From assembly GCA_905178155.1 (NCBI GenBank), contig CAJINV010000001.1:4140421-4204420 (forward strand): a DNA stretch of 64,000 nucleotides, written 5' to 3'. The number at the start of each line of letters is the position of its first letter. Position 1 is the stretch's first letter. Of this stretch, positions 26,101 to 38,704 are shown in pieces. Source of the stretch: Amoebophrya sp. A120 (lineage: Eukaryota; Protista; Dinoflagellata). Position numbers and translations under genes: made by a program. The notes below the pieces were generated by a model. The model was not told the origin of the DNA. It made no database searches and was given only the letters and a program-made list of their open reading frames with translations.

Positions 26101-29100
26101 GAAGAAGCAGCGAGGTGAACAAGCGCGAACAGTGGCATCAGCCTCGAACATCAAAAACGATTTTTCTGCAGGTCAAGAACTACAACTACCAAAGTCAAGT
26201 TCCTTATCCTTGTCCACAGAGCAGGGCAAAAAAGAACTCCCCTCGCGAAACCCGGGCGGTCCGCCGGGGGTCCGGGTGGTTAAGAAAACGCGCGACTTGA
26301 ACCGCATCGGCAGTGCGCGGGACTATCTGGAAGAGGCACTGCAGGACACCAGCTCTGGGCAGCTCTTCCACGTCATCAACAGCAAGCCTGCAGCAAAGAG
26401 CGAAAATCACTTTTCGCACAACAAAAGCCAAAACCTGGCCACCACATCTTCTAACTCGCAGAGGCTGCACCAAGCCCGGCCGATAACAAGTGCAAAAGCC
26501 AAAAGAGAAGATAATGATAAAGCTAAAGTAGCAGGCGTGCCTGGTGTCCACAACTTAGGATCATGTGCCGGCACGACTGCGGGAGCTACAGCAGCCAACC
26601 CCTTCGAAGAACCTAGGCCTGACGACGACGGCACTGTGTACCCTGCGGCGTCTACCAGTTTTTTTTCTAAGGACAACCATCATGACCAGAGCAAGAAGGT
26701 CCAGGTCGCGCAGACCGTCGCGCAAACCGCGGTGTCGAACTTGATTGCTGCCTTGCAGATCGGGCTGCCGCCGCCTCCCGTCGCAGTGGACGACTCTGAC
26801 GAAGGCGGATTCTCCGATGTGTCATCTATCGCCCCGGAAGATGAGGAGGAGGGCAGCCACAACGTTGGAACAAATAGTTCTGTGAACAAAAAGGTGCACC
26901 ACGACCAGAAACCCCCGGCTGTAGTAAGCCAGGACGATTTTGTCGACACGGAATTGGCCCGCCGCCCGAGCTTGATTTGCGCCAGTTTGGAGGCGCTCGC
27001 GAACAGAATCCGGTCTGGCGAAGACGTGAAAAAGGGCAGTAAGTCATCCAAAGATGTTGACACTGATGATTCTGACGAAACAGAAAAGTCTGAAGACGGC
27101 AAAGAGGAACAGGATAGCAGCTTTCCCGCGATGGATTTCCGGCGCCCGTCCCTCGTGTGCGCCAGCCTCGAAGCGTTAGCGAATCGAATCAGAAACGGCG
27201 AAGAGATTTCGAAGAACGCCCGCGATGGTGGAAATGAGGGTGAGGGGAAGGAAAATCACTCCGGGTCGGAGCAAGATGAAATAATAAAACCGCAGGACGG
27301 GGACGCGAGTGGTTTGAACCTGGATTTCCGACGACCCTCGCTGGTCTGCGCAAGCCTGGAAGCGTTGGCGAACCGCATTCGCAGCGGAGAACAGGTTGCT
27401 GGCGAGGTTGTGGAAGACGAGGAAGATGACGATGCAGGCTCGTCACCGTCGAAGGAAAGAAGCTCCTCGAAACAGGTGGAGTACTTGTACTTTTAGAAGT
27501 AAGCAATTTGCAAACGTAACATGTGAAAATGTATTGCCTGGAGCTTATGTGAGACGGTGGAACTGGGATTGAAGAAAGTATAGAACGATGCAGTGATTTT
27601 TTGTGGTCTTGATCTTGGCTGACAGACTGTTCAGCGTATCTTTTTTTTTGGACGAAACTACACATTATTACAGTCGCATTTAGTCTCCGCGGGCATTGAG
27701 GCACTGGCGAATCAGATTCGAAGAGGCAACGAGGAAAAGGAAAAGATCGACGATGCATTCAGTTTTCGTCGGCCCAGCGTCGTTTGTGCCAGTCTCGAAG
27801 AACTCGCCAACAGAATCCGCTGCGGCACAACCGAACGAGCTCCACCAGCACCGGACAATGATGATGAAGACGAAGACAGTGAGAAGAGCGAAAGGCAGCC
27901 TCCACCTGCAGAGGAAACGATAGCAGCACCTCCCGACCCCGAGCCATCGCTTTATGAACTGCAAAAGTATCGTACTCATATAAATGCATTACAAATTTCC
28001 TCAGCATGAGAAATAAAATTTGTAATGCAGATTTGCCTTGGGGGCAAGATTTGTAATGCAGGACTTGCATTTATACGAGTGCGATACTTTTGCACAGGAT
28101 ACGCTTTCTACTTCGACAAAAACGAGCAACAAACCGGAAGACCTCGTATGTAGTGAGGTCACCGAACGGTTCTAGCCGGGCAGTTTTCTTGCCATGTCCC
28201 GGCAAAAACGACCGGCAGTTTTCAAGCCTACAGAGAGTTTTTTTGCATGAAAAAGCTCCCAGCGTGCAAGCCTGTTTGGCTTTGTTGGCAACGAATCGCC
28301 TGCGGAAACTATCGGTCGCCGCTTGATAAAACGACGCAGGGGCGCCGGCAAAAGGGGCGCCCTTCTGAGGCGCCCACCGCCTTGGTTTCTGGCGATTTGG
28401 GGCTCCCAAAAGGGCTCTGAAAAAAACGCGCCCAAAAGCAGAACAGCGAAACCGCATGGCACGGCCGCGATCTCGGAGCATTTTGGGCGGCCGCGAAAGC
28501 GGTGGCCTTTTCGCCGGTTTCAGAGCCTGGGAAGCTTCGCAAAAAGCGCCGGCGCGAAAAATAGAAACGCAAAAAAGAAAAAGCGCGCGAGACGCGCGAA
28601 GCCAATCCGGATGCTATGGGCCCGATTTTCCTTCGGTTTTTGGGCGCCCCCCGTGGCGCCCGGATCGGCCCCATAGCGTCGGGGCTGGCTTCCGGACAGG
28701 AATTTGGGGAATTTGCCAAAAATCTGCCATGTTATTTTCAACCGGCCGCCATGCCGTGCGGCATAACCTTACGCGGGCCCAGAAAAAGCAAAGCCGTGAC
28801 AAGGGCAACGCCAACGGTCGGCAAGAAAACGCCACCGACCTCACTACCTCCGCCCCGGCGGTTATATTTGGTAATTCCACTTTCTACTTCGACAAAAACG
28901 ACCAACAAACCGGAAGAAGACCTCGTAATTCCACCTCAGGTCAGCACGACCGCCGACGTGATTGTGTCCCAGATATATGATGCTGCTCTTCGCCGGGTTT
29001 TCTCTGAAGATGCCCAGCTGGCCGCAGTAACTAGAAATCGCAAACCGAGCAACGCAAACACGACATCAAATAGCGCAGAAGATGCAAATACTCATCCACT

Positions 29101-32100
29101 CGTTGCAGTTGCAACTACCACTGCCGAAGATGATAAAGTGGAACGACAAGAACCAGATGCAGAGGAGCAGCTTTCGCCGGAGGACCTCGAGACCCTCGCG
29201 GAGCTGGAGCGCATTCATTCGCAGGAAGTCCGGGAGCGGTCCGCCAGCGGCGAGATCCAGGCCGCGGGGGGCTTTGTCGGCGGCACGCCCCTGCGGCAGT
29301 ATCAAATGTAAAAATGCCTGGGTCTGGAAGATTGCATGTTTGTCATGCTTGTCTGGCATGACTCTTAAATCTGTCATGCACGTTGCCCAAGAGCCGCACG
29401 CGCACTTTTCTGTCACGCGGAGACGCAGTTTGTCATGCAGAATAGGCAACACCTACAAGCTCAGAAATTTGTCATGCTGAGCCAGCACTTGTGGCCCCCT
29501 CATACTACGCCACTCAGCATCACAAGTTTCCAGACCCAGACACTTTTGCAGTTCATAGGCAGCGTTCGAAGGCGAAAGACCGGTCAGCTTTGAACAGCCG
29601 GGCGAACATATCGCAAGAAAAAACTGTTTCACTGTAAACTTCTCATGCAGAAAATGTATCTCGCATAGTGTTTGTCTTGTTACACATGCAAGTGCAAGAT
29701 GGAACCTTGCATGGCAAATTTTCTCTGTCGTGTAGAACAAACTTGTGATGCAATACTTGCAAAATCCATACAGTGAAGCAGTTTTTTCGTGGGATAGAAC
29801 AGCAAGGAGTCCACGCACTCCTCCATGATGCTCCACCGGGTTTCCTCGAAAAACAGAAAACCGACCCTAGAGATGACGACTGAAGAAGTAGGAGCCCCCG
29901 GTGAGCAGCAAAATGTGGTTTTCCACGTGGACGAAGAACAAATCAATGCTGCAGCGGGAACGAGAACGAACGTGCAGATGGCGTCGTCCTCCTCGTCCTC
30001 TTCTTCAAATTGCGGTGGACGCAAGGATGAACAAATAGACGGAGCCACGATCGGCGCACCAGCTGCGGGCAGCAGCTCCGGTGAGGAAGGTGAGATTGAC
30101 GATTTAGCAAGAACGATGGCGCCGCAAACAGAACTAGATGAAGATGCTGACGCAGCTATAGAGGACCCTGGTGCTCCTGCTGTAGCTGTTTACGGTGCTG
30201 GAATTAAACTACCAACATCCCAGCAAAGCAACAGTGTCAGTGAGATGAACCACCAGCTCGAACTACAAGACGACTACGACGACCTGGAACCTTCTGCGTC
30301 TCTGGAGGAGATGCGAGACCAAATCCGCACGTCAAAAATGCGCATGGCGAGACGCTCAAAGTCGAAAGAGCACACGACGTCTGCGCAGCGGACGGGAAAC
30401 AGTACCAGCCACAGTGTCGACGAAGAAGAAGATGAGAGAACTAATGGCGAAATGGAAAATGGCCCATCAAACCAGGATGTTTTCCCGGAGGAGATGCAAA
30501 ACCTGTCACGGCAGAGATCTCTGAAAGAACAAGAGGAGGAACTGGTCGAGGGCATGATGTCCGGCTGGACGAGCAATGGTACGAGCCGGAACCGCGAGCA
30601 GCGGCGGTCCAAGGGGAAAGAGCACTGCGCCCACGCGGCGATGCTGTCGAAGGAGCAGGCGGAACATAGCGCGGAGTTGGAGCATTCGTTAGAAGAAATG
30701 CGCGAAAATCTGGACAACGCCCGGAGGCAGAAGCGCTCGAAATCCAAGGAGCATTGCGTCGACGCCCAAAGGCTGAGCAAGGATTTAAGCAGCAAGGATT
30801 CTACGATGAATCGCGAATTGGAACAGTTGAGGCGCGAAGTGTCGTCAAGTATTGTCGATTTGTTTACGGGCCGTACCTCCACTTGTGTTAGTTGCAAATT
30901 GCATTTTTGCTTGTGCCTCTTGCACTGTGCCGACACGGACACAAACTCAAAGCTATGCGAATGAAATTTTCCGAACGACAGGTCGCGAAAACAGCCGCGC
31001 CGAGCAAGGATCCAACGGGAAACTGCAAACAAGGAAGAATAAAATCATTTGCAAACAGCAGAACCGCGTTTTGCACCCGAAGCTACCGGATCAGGAGATT
31101 CCGCAATCCGCTCCGACCGTGAGCTCCTTCATCGCCGAGCACAACAAAACCGAAGATGACAAGTGGTGCGAAAACGTGTTGCAAGTAGACCACACAGGAC
31201 AACTACCGGATGACAGCGCGACCGGAGAGGAGGATGCCGAGATCGCTGATCGGTACTCATGATGTACTTCTAAATGTACATTTTGTCTAGTGCTGGGAGA
31301 TGCACGAAAGGAGATCCGGAATAGGGGAAGGGCCCGTGGTGCCGTTGGTCGGGGAGGTGCCACAACATGAATGAAATAACTGCACTCACTACAAGAACCA
31401 AATCAATTTGCATTCAACAGGTACTGCATGTCCATGTCTATGGACGCAAAGGAGTGGAAAAAGCGGGACGCAGAGATGAAGCGAAATCCGGTGGAAGAGT
31501 GGAAACTGAAGCAGAAACTGAACCTCGAGTTGGACCCGAAGCAACTTGGCAGGAATGTGGAGGACACGGTGTGTGACTTCAAGAAAAAGAAACAGAACAA
31601 AACAGGAAAACTCATGTCCATGTCGAAAAATAACGGCTTAAAGGCGAAGAAAAGGCACGAGCAGGAGCATCAGTCTTTACCTCCCCGTGCAGCTGCGCAA
31701 ACGAGTACCACCGGGAAAATCACCACGCTGCTCGAAACATCTACTTCGGACATTTTCAGCACTACATCTCCGGTCGTTAGCAAGGGCAGCAAAAATAAAT
31801 CGTCCAAGACCAAATCCGCGTACTTGGCCTCGACCGGGGTGGACACTAGTGCTGTGGGAAACAAGAAGAAAAAGAAAAAAACTAAAATGCTGGACTCCAT
31901 GCGGGACCGGGCCTCGGATTTGAACACAAGTTTCACATTTTCCGAGGCAGAAAGGTCCACAGACTGGGACGAGAAGAAGGAGCTCGGGGCATCCAAGAAA
32001 AAAACTTTGCTAGTGTAAATTTGTGATGCGGAACATACAAGATGATTGCGTCTGTCATGCTGGGCATGCATTGTAGGGTCCACTAAAGGGCGTTTTCCCG

Positions 32101-34974
32101 TACTATCTGCGCATGACAGGTTTTTGCTGTCATGCCAGACAAATTTGTAGTGCTGTTCCTCCAAAAAAGTTACACCTACAATGTTTTTTTCTTGGATACG
32201 GGGACAGCGTTGTGTACTCCTACCAGCTGGCGGCACAGATGTTCTACTTGCTGGCGCAGGTGGATGCTACGGTCGACGATTTGACAAGAAAACGGTACTG
32301 GCGACAGGCAATCTACTGGGCGAACAGGAGTAACGATAACGAATTGCTGGTAGAGAAAAACTTAAACTTATTGTTGCACGTCCTCCCATTTAGTGCCATT
32401 TCGCTCGGAAAATGCGGCTCATGCATCGTGGTCTTTTTCTAATTCTACATGCAGCTTCTGAAAGTTTCTCTCCCTCGCTCCATAGTTCATTTTTGTATAA
32501 CCCGCCCTAACAAAAACAACCAGGTGCAAATCCGCGAGCACGAGGTGGAAGACAGCCTTTACTTCTTCGACTCCACTCACACCCTCCACTCCCCTTCTCA
32601 CCGCGCGCTGTCGCCGAAGGAACGCAGAAAACACATGGACAAGAGCTTGTTGCACGGAAAGAATTTTCCGAAAATCACAGAGGTGGACATGCGACCAATC
32701 AGCTTCTCGCCGCCCAGCAAAGACAAGAAGAAGATAGTATCCTGTGCAAAAGTATCGTACTCGTAGTCATTGCATTTACGCATTACAAATCTCTTTCTCA
32801 AGGTAAATCAGCATTGCAAATTTAATTTGTAATGCTGAGCCAATTTGTATTGCGATTTGTACTGGTGCGATACCTTTGCAGTGCATAGATAGATTCGAAG
32901 GACAAAACGATGAGCCGCTCGTCCTCTTCCCCCACATCCTCGAAGGAAAGGAACGGGCCGCGGAACGCCAAAAAGCGGATGACTTTGCATCACGCAGCTT
33001 TCACTGGAAGTAGTTCTGGACAGCAACAACACCACGGTTCGATCGTGAACGCTTCGGGTGCGAGCTTCAACACGACTGCTAACGGAGGTGGGGAGGAGGG
33101 TAAAGAGCGCGCTGGGAGCAAGACCAAGGAGCCGCACAGATCGTTTGAACGGCGGAAAAACCTGATGCGGTTGGAAGAAGACGAAAGACATTTACAAGAT
33201 TGTTTCCGAAGAATCAGGGCAGAGAAAACCAACTTGAAGTGGTTTCTGCACACGTATAATTATCGGGATTGTTTTTGCTAGCTGACGCTGACTTTTGGTT
33301 TTTGTTTCATTCTTGTCCAGTGGTTCGTCACGTAGAAGTGATGCGCTTATTTTGTTTTTGGTTGAATAATCTAATCTTCGAAGAACGCTTACTAGTGAAC
33401 TTGCTGTACACTGTAGCTGGAAATTTAAATTACACGCTGCATTCGCATCGCAAAGCCGAGGCCGAAAACAAAAGAAGTACTTGATTTCTACAAAAACTGC
33501 AGGTACCACGATTACCTTTACGTGGACTCGAAGTATCACAGTGGTTATGCCGTGAAGATGCGAAAGCTCAAGGATACGCTCGAGCAAGAACAGCAGGCTG
33601 CGCTAAGTGCCACGGCAAACAGCGAAAGCCGGCTTCACCTGTTCAACAGCCACGGCACAGAGTTCGACCCACACAGTCCGCAGATGCAGCGCGAAAACTC
33701 GGATACGCGAAGCAAGTCCGAGGTCGACGGGAGCCAGGACGCTGTGTTCTCCGCTCGGGTAAGGAACAAGGTCCAGGCCGTGCGTGCCACGCAGCAGGCT
33801 GCCCGACTGACCACTCGGAAATCTACACGGTATAAGCAAAAGCATGATTTTCATTTTTACATAGAAAAGCTCATGAAAAAAAAAGAACACTGTTCCTTCG
33901 CGATGAAATTGAAAATGCGGCACGGCATTTTGACTCAGTTAAGTGCCTGTCATGGCACGCATGTTATGCTCCCCTTTTAGTTCCAGGAAATCAACGCAAA
34001 ATCCTCAGGTCCGGCACAGGGATGCTGGCGGCGTTGTCCTCGACATCGACTAGCAGCGCGAACCGACCAGCCTCACACGTCGACCCCACCGAGTCGCAAG
34101 CTTCCGGAGCAGCATCGCAGTCACTTTCGAAAGAAAACAACTACACAAATAACTCCCTTGCTTCTCCAGTAATCCGAATCGTCCCGCCTGATAGCAACGA
34201 CAACATGATAACGTCCTCGTCCCCCAACACTCCTATAGTCCCGGTGGGGGTTCCGAGTATCAGTTTCGGATCTTCAGCCGCACATTTGTCGAACTCTCCC
34301 GGGAAGAAAAAGCACGCCGCCAATGCTGTTTTCAAAGAGTTTCACGAGGCGGCAGCTTTGTCCCGTCGGAAATCTAGCGTCGAGGGCCTGATGGGGGTGG
34401 GAAGCGCTGCGATGGGCGCCGTGGCGGGGGCGATGAAGAGGCGCCAGTCTCTGCCCATTGCCGAGGAGAGCGAAATTCCGATTATGAAGAGGCGGAACAG
34501 CATCGAACAAGTGATGCAGGAAATGGATGAGAAAGAGAAGCAGAAGGAGCAGGATTTACAAACCAAGGCACAACTTGCGAAGAGGTAAGTAGTCGTCTTT
34601 GACTTCTTTGTCGCTTTCGAGTTTATTATTATTTTATGTGGGATTCTTTTGATCATGATTTTTTGTTTTTCACATAAGGGTCCGCTAGTACACATGAAGA
34701 TGAACCTGTCCCTGGACATCGGAGCCGTATACTATTTTGTCAGAATGATCGGGAGGCAAGAAAAAGGTAAACTTGATTTCTTGTAGGCTTAGAAATATTC
34801 GCGATCGGGAATGAAATACAGAAGCTGCAAAATAAACCTGTCAGGCGTAAATCGATGGCCGCACAAGAGGCTTCGCCAAAAGCAAAGGACGTGCAGAGTA
34901 CCATTCTCAGCTTAAAGGAGCAGCTCCAGAAATCTAAGCAAGTGGCTAATGCAGCGTATGACGGAAACTTTTGA
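23102..34974 (+). CDS. Very large low-complexity hypothetical protein with internal peptide repeats; 10 introner-like elements plus GT-AG introns
   Basis: The frame can be followed from 24353 through ORFs 24520, 25156, 26132, 28616, 29825, 30852, 31428, 32113, 32449, 32910, 33522 and 34022 by removing the elements and introns 24829-25095, 27476-27673, 30849-30981, 31253-31420 and 33254-33502. The first exon (23102-23204), the ~32260-32523 and ~33830-34008 junctions and the last exons are tentative. Confidence 0.6.
23411..24340 (+). mobile_element. Non-LTR-type retro-insertion (930 bp, non-coding) with A18 tail and 16-bp target-site duplication
   Basis: CCTCTGTCCCAGGTTA occurs at 23395-23410 and 24341-24356. 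The A run 24323-24340 lies immediately before the second copy. Confidence 0.8.
24413..24557. mobile_element. Introner-like element, family A
   Basis: TATGCACTGCAAAAGTATCG...CGATACTTTTGCACAGGATA. DR TCTGC. Removing 150 nt gives DKFL-HASSDF. Confidence 0.92.
25280..25386. mobile_element. Introner-like element, family E
   Basis: Homologous to 5720-5834 (ACACCCATCCCCATCCA IR); right end ATG instead of ATA. DR GTCTC/ATCTC. Removing 112 nt opens the downstream frame. Confidence 0.88.
25619..25825. mobile_element. Introner-like element, family B
   Basis: TATCCAAGAAAAAAACTGTG...CACAGTTTTTTTCTTGCATA. DR TGGTA/TGGTC. Confidence 0.9.
25901..26049. mobile_element. Introner-like element, family A, with inverted interior
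   Basis: Family A TIRs. DR AGGCG. Removing 154 nt joins ORF 26132. Confidence 0.92.
26958..27825 (+). repeat. Coding repeat RRPS(L/V)(I/V)CASLE(A/E)LANRIR, four clear copies plus one degenerate copy
   Basis: Three copies in ORF 26132..27496. HLVSAGIEALANQIR and RRPSVVCASLEELANRIR occur in the exon starting at 27674. Confidence 0.85.
27953..28101. mobile_element. Introner-like element, family A
   Basis: Family A TIRs. DR CGCTT. Confidence 0.92.
28147..28866. mobile_element. 720-bp introner-like element with GC-rich interior
   Basis: TAT...ATA ends, IR GTAGTGAGGTC/GACCTCACTAC and sub-terminal IR GTTTTCTTGCC/GGCAAGAAAAC. DR diverged (CCTCG/TTTGG). Removing 725 nt gives PEDLV-IPLST. Confidence 0.7.
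29300..29557. mobile_element. Introner-like element, family C
   Basis: TATCAAATGTAAAAATGCCTGGGTCTGGAA...TTCCAGACCCAGACACTTTTGCAGTTCATA. DR GGCAG. Confidence 0.92.
29609..29796. mobile_element. Introner-like element, family B related
   Basis: TATCGCAAGAAAAAACTGTTTCACTG...CAGTGAAGCAGTTTTTTCGTGGGATA. DR GAACA. Confidence 0.9.
31990..32198. mobile_element. Introner-like element, family B, left end CAT
   Basis: CATCCAAGAAAAAAAC...GTTTTTTTCTTGGATA. DR CGGGG. Removing 214 nt gives KELG-DSVVYS. Confidence 0.88.
32738..32887. mobile_element. Introner-like element, family A, reverse orientation
   Basis: TATCCTGTGCAAAAGTATCG...CGATACCTTTGCAGTGCATA. DR GATAG. Confidence 0.92.
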
Positions 34975-36542
34975 ACATACGACCTCCTGCAGTCGCACCG
35001 CCTAGAGTTGGCTTCGCTATTATCGTTCACGCAACGTATAATATATAACTTTCAGGTTTGTTTATGTTACTTTTCCAACGGTGTTTGTCAACGAGTTGTG
35101 AACAGAAAGTCAATACCACATCATCAATTTCTGATTTTCTTTGACCACAAGCAGAACAACAGACACAAGTGGAACCTTGAAGTCGTATCAATATGTCGAA
35201 TCAACAGTCACGCCTAACTAGAACATTACGAACTAGAACTACGTCGACGCAGAGCAAAAGAGTTACTTCTACTTCAGCAGCAGCTTTTTTATTTTCTTTT
35301 CCTACAACTACAGTCACCGTGCGAAACCGAAAGCAAATCCAAATTTAATTGAAAAATACGATCAGATATCGCTTTGCATGCTAATCCTAAAGGACGACTT
35401 GAATAAAAGTACTAGCTGAGTACGGAATTGCAAAATTAAATTACGGCACACGAATAGAAGAGCGAGTCGTACTAGTGCGAAAAGCAAAAGAAAAGAGCTG
35501 AAAAAGCCAGTATCAATTGAAGGTAGACACACTCATTAACATTTTCGAAGTTGCAGAAGGCACAATTTGCATAGATAAGAACAGCTAGAGCCGAGAATAC
35601 AATCGAATTTGAATCTAGGTAGTGCAGACCATATAGATTATTTTTAAGATGATAAATCATAAAGCTACATCAGTGCATAGGCATGAACTCGAAGGAAAAG
35701 ATAGAAAATGAGGTTGTAAGATTTTCGATATTTTTTCGTCGGAGTTGCATCTCAGTGGCGTGTGCTGCCACCTGATCTCTGTTGTGCGTTTGCGCGTTGG
35801 TAGTTTCAAGTTCGTAAAAATTGTTCGTTTTTTTTTTCGTTCGGAGGCCGTCCGCGCTTTGTTCTTTCCGAAGCGCCCCTGAACATTTCTTGGCCTCGCC
35901 CGGTCTCCTGGAATTTGACATCGATAAAAAAAAGCCTCCTATTTTTAGTGCGATCTAACCAATTTTAATTTTTCAGCACTACAGTAGAAGTTTGGACTCG
36001 ACGACTTTCCGATGAACATGCACGGCAGCTCGGACTGCATTGAGAATGATATATAGCGACATTTTATCGTGGCAACGGTTCACTTTGCATGCGCCTTGGT
36101 CTTTGACCACGCTTGAGATGCCTGCTAGCAGCTGCAGCGCCGTCGAGCTGGATAATATTGCTTTCCTTCAGACCTCGTCATTCTTGAGTGATTAGTAGGA
36201 CCCAAGAAGTAGAAGCAGCTGCACAAAAGTATCTACAAGAAGGATTTTTGCCGAACCTCTTTTGCCCATCGCCAGGCACCTACAACTACGCTCGGGCAAT
36301 TTCTTCACGTTAAGTACTACCCCCCATGAGAACCCATGGACACAATTGCGTCTTAACCTTAATCACCCAGCGCTTCCCTGTCGATCTCGATCTGTAAAAG
36401 ATCAAGATAGACGCCGCCACCGGTGCAAAAGATAAATACAACAAGGGTAGGCTCCTTGTTCTGCAGAGCAGTGCCTTTCTCTAGCCTGGTGCGGGATCTT
36501 GACCGAAGCCAAAACCCAGTGCGCCCTCTGCTACTTACGACG

Positions 36543-38007
36543 ATGGCGATCCACATGCAACTCTTCCGACGAAGTCGGATACCTCACTTCGCGAGGGTAT
36601 TTCAAGGAGCCAAATTTGGGCTGCCGCACCCGGAGAAGGCCGACAAAGGGGGAGAAGACGCGATGCTGCTCACGTCGAAGATAATAGGCGTACTATTTTG
36701 TTGTACTATTTTCATTTTGCTTTTCTACGTATTTATTGGCATGTAAGTACTTCTGCTGCAGTTGCGAACAGTATGAATCACAGTAGGGAATTCTACTTCT
36801 TGGAGTGATGGACTACAGGAGGACACGACGCCCTTCGTCTCTCTCTACTTCTTACACTTTTCTATACTACAACACGCTCGTGCTTCTACAGGTCTCCGAC
36901 GGCGTAGGTGGGTGGAGTCGCCGCGGCGTTGACGCCGGCGAGTACAGCCGGGCCTTGCTTTCCAACGTAGAGAAGGTAGCGGAAAAAAGCAATCTCTCGC
37001 AGCCCACCCGGATTTTGAGGAAGGCCTACGATAAGTGCCGGCACATTATGGGGTCGGCCACGGTCTGCTTGGTGACTTTGCAAAAAGACGACACGGTAAT
37101 TGTTACGAACGTCGGCGACAGCGCCGCCATAATTGTGCGACCAAGCGAAAGAAGGATCTTGTTCAAAAGCGAAGAGCAGGTTCACGATTTCAACTTTCCG
37201 AAGCAGCTCGGCATGCACTCCGACGACGTATTTACAAATTGATGTTCTTCTGATTTAGATTTTGATTTTATTGGGCAGAAAAAATTTCAGTTGTTGCAAA
37301 TCCTGTGGAAGAAGATCGAGGTTGACCATCCACTGCATGCTGAGTTAATAACTCACGCACACGACTTGTAGCATGATAGTAAATACTACGCCCAAGCAAT
37401 ATCAAGAGTAGAAGCAGAAGCTGTTCCATTCAAAGCTACGAACGACTCACTACAGATGCCGGAGCACGGGGATGTCCATTCCGTGAAAGTTCAAGAGGGC
37501 GACTTGATTCTGTGCGCAACCGACGGAATTTTTGATAACTTGTTCGACGAGGATATCCTGGAGCGCCTGTGTGGCCCGGCTACGGGAGCGGATGAAGCAG
37601 ACGCGATGTCAACAGCCTCTACTACAAGTACTTCGACGCCCTCCGAGGAAGGAGCGGCATCAAGCAAAGCGTCAACCGGCTCCACTACTTCCAGCGAACA
37701 AGAGGCGGCAACACCAGCATCATCGGAAAATTCTGCGTCATCAACCACTGAACAAACAGCTATTTCAAACCTCGAGCAGAGGGCGCAGGACATCGTGAAG
37801 GCAGCATTTGTGCTGTCGCTTGACCCGCACTACAATTCACCTTTTGCCTCCAGGGAAAAGGAATGGCTGGAGAAACTACCCGCGGCTCTGCGGCCAAAGG
37901 GAAAGGGGTACGAAGGAGGAAAGCCGGATGACATTTCTGCGGTCCTCGTGGAAATTGTGGACAAGGGCGACGACGGAAAGCCATTCGCCCGACGAGTGTC
38001 TTTGTAA
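36543..38007 (+). CDS. PP2C-family phosphatase, PTC7-like, ~344 aa; exons 36543-36689, 36892-37227, 37456-38007
   Basis: PHPEK..GGEDA, G-VSDGVGGW, GSATVC, NVGDS, QVHDFNFPKQLG, ATDGIFDNLF and GGKPDDI. Two GT-AG introns. Confidence 0.92.
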
Positions 38008-38675
38008 AGTTAGTACGAGGACTTCTAACTGGAGTAGTTCTAGTACTAAATGCTGCGGGAGAAAGTATAGTGCCATCTTCAGTGGCCGCTGTTGCTTTGT
38101 TTCAGGAACATCAAGGTGTTGGAGTCGTGTTTCTTGATAAAAAGAGCTGAGTGGCTACAACGAGATTGCACGCAGGCAAGCGCAAGCAGAAGAGAACCAG
38201 CACCCCGCACGTCGTGCTACAGACGCCCGAGCTTACTGTCGTGACTGAGTCCGGCTCATTGCACCTGCTTTGCAAGAACGAGCGCCACGCTCATGATTCC
38301 GCCAGGCGAAGACCGCTAAGCTAAGTTCTTTGCAAGAACAGGACCTGCGTTTACTAGTGGAGGTACGAATATTCGCCGGTGCAGGCCACGGCTGCAAACA
38401 TGGAGATCTTCAAGTCTGCGAACAACATTTGCGTCGCACGTCGTGGTCCTCATTTCGCTGCAGCGCCTTGGGTTACCAGTCCTGCTATCGGCGGAGTACT
38501 AAATATGCGCCACCGCAGAAGCGGATGTTGAAGTACAAGCACAACTCGTCAAGCTCTACTCTAAGACTATACTGCGGCTCGCTTCGCTTCCCCTTCGGTA
38601 CCAGCAGCGACAGGTTCTGGTAGATGTGTAGTTTCTACGGCTGTTCAAGGGCTCGAATGAAAACTAAGTCCTAAA

Positions 38676-38704
38676 GATGATGATGATGATGATGATGATG
38701 ATGA
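38676..38704. repeat. (GAT)9 microsatellite
   Basis: Directly visible. Confidence 0.95.

Noticed and set aside
31253-31420. GT-AG intron flanked by a GGTACT repeat as an old introner
   Set aside because: No TIR or family motif; the repeat is largely explained by splice-site consensus.
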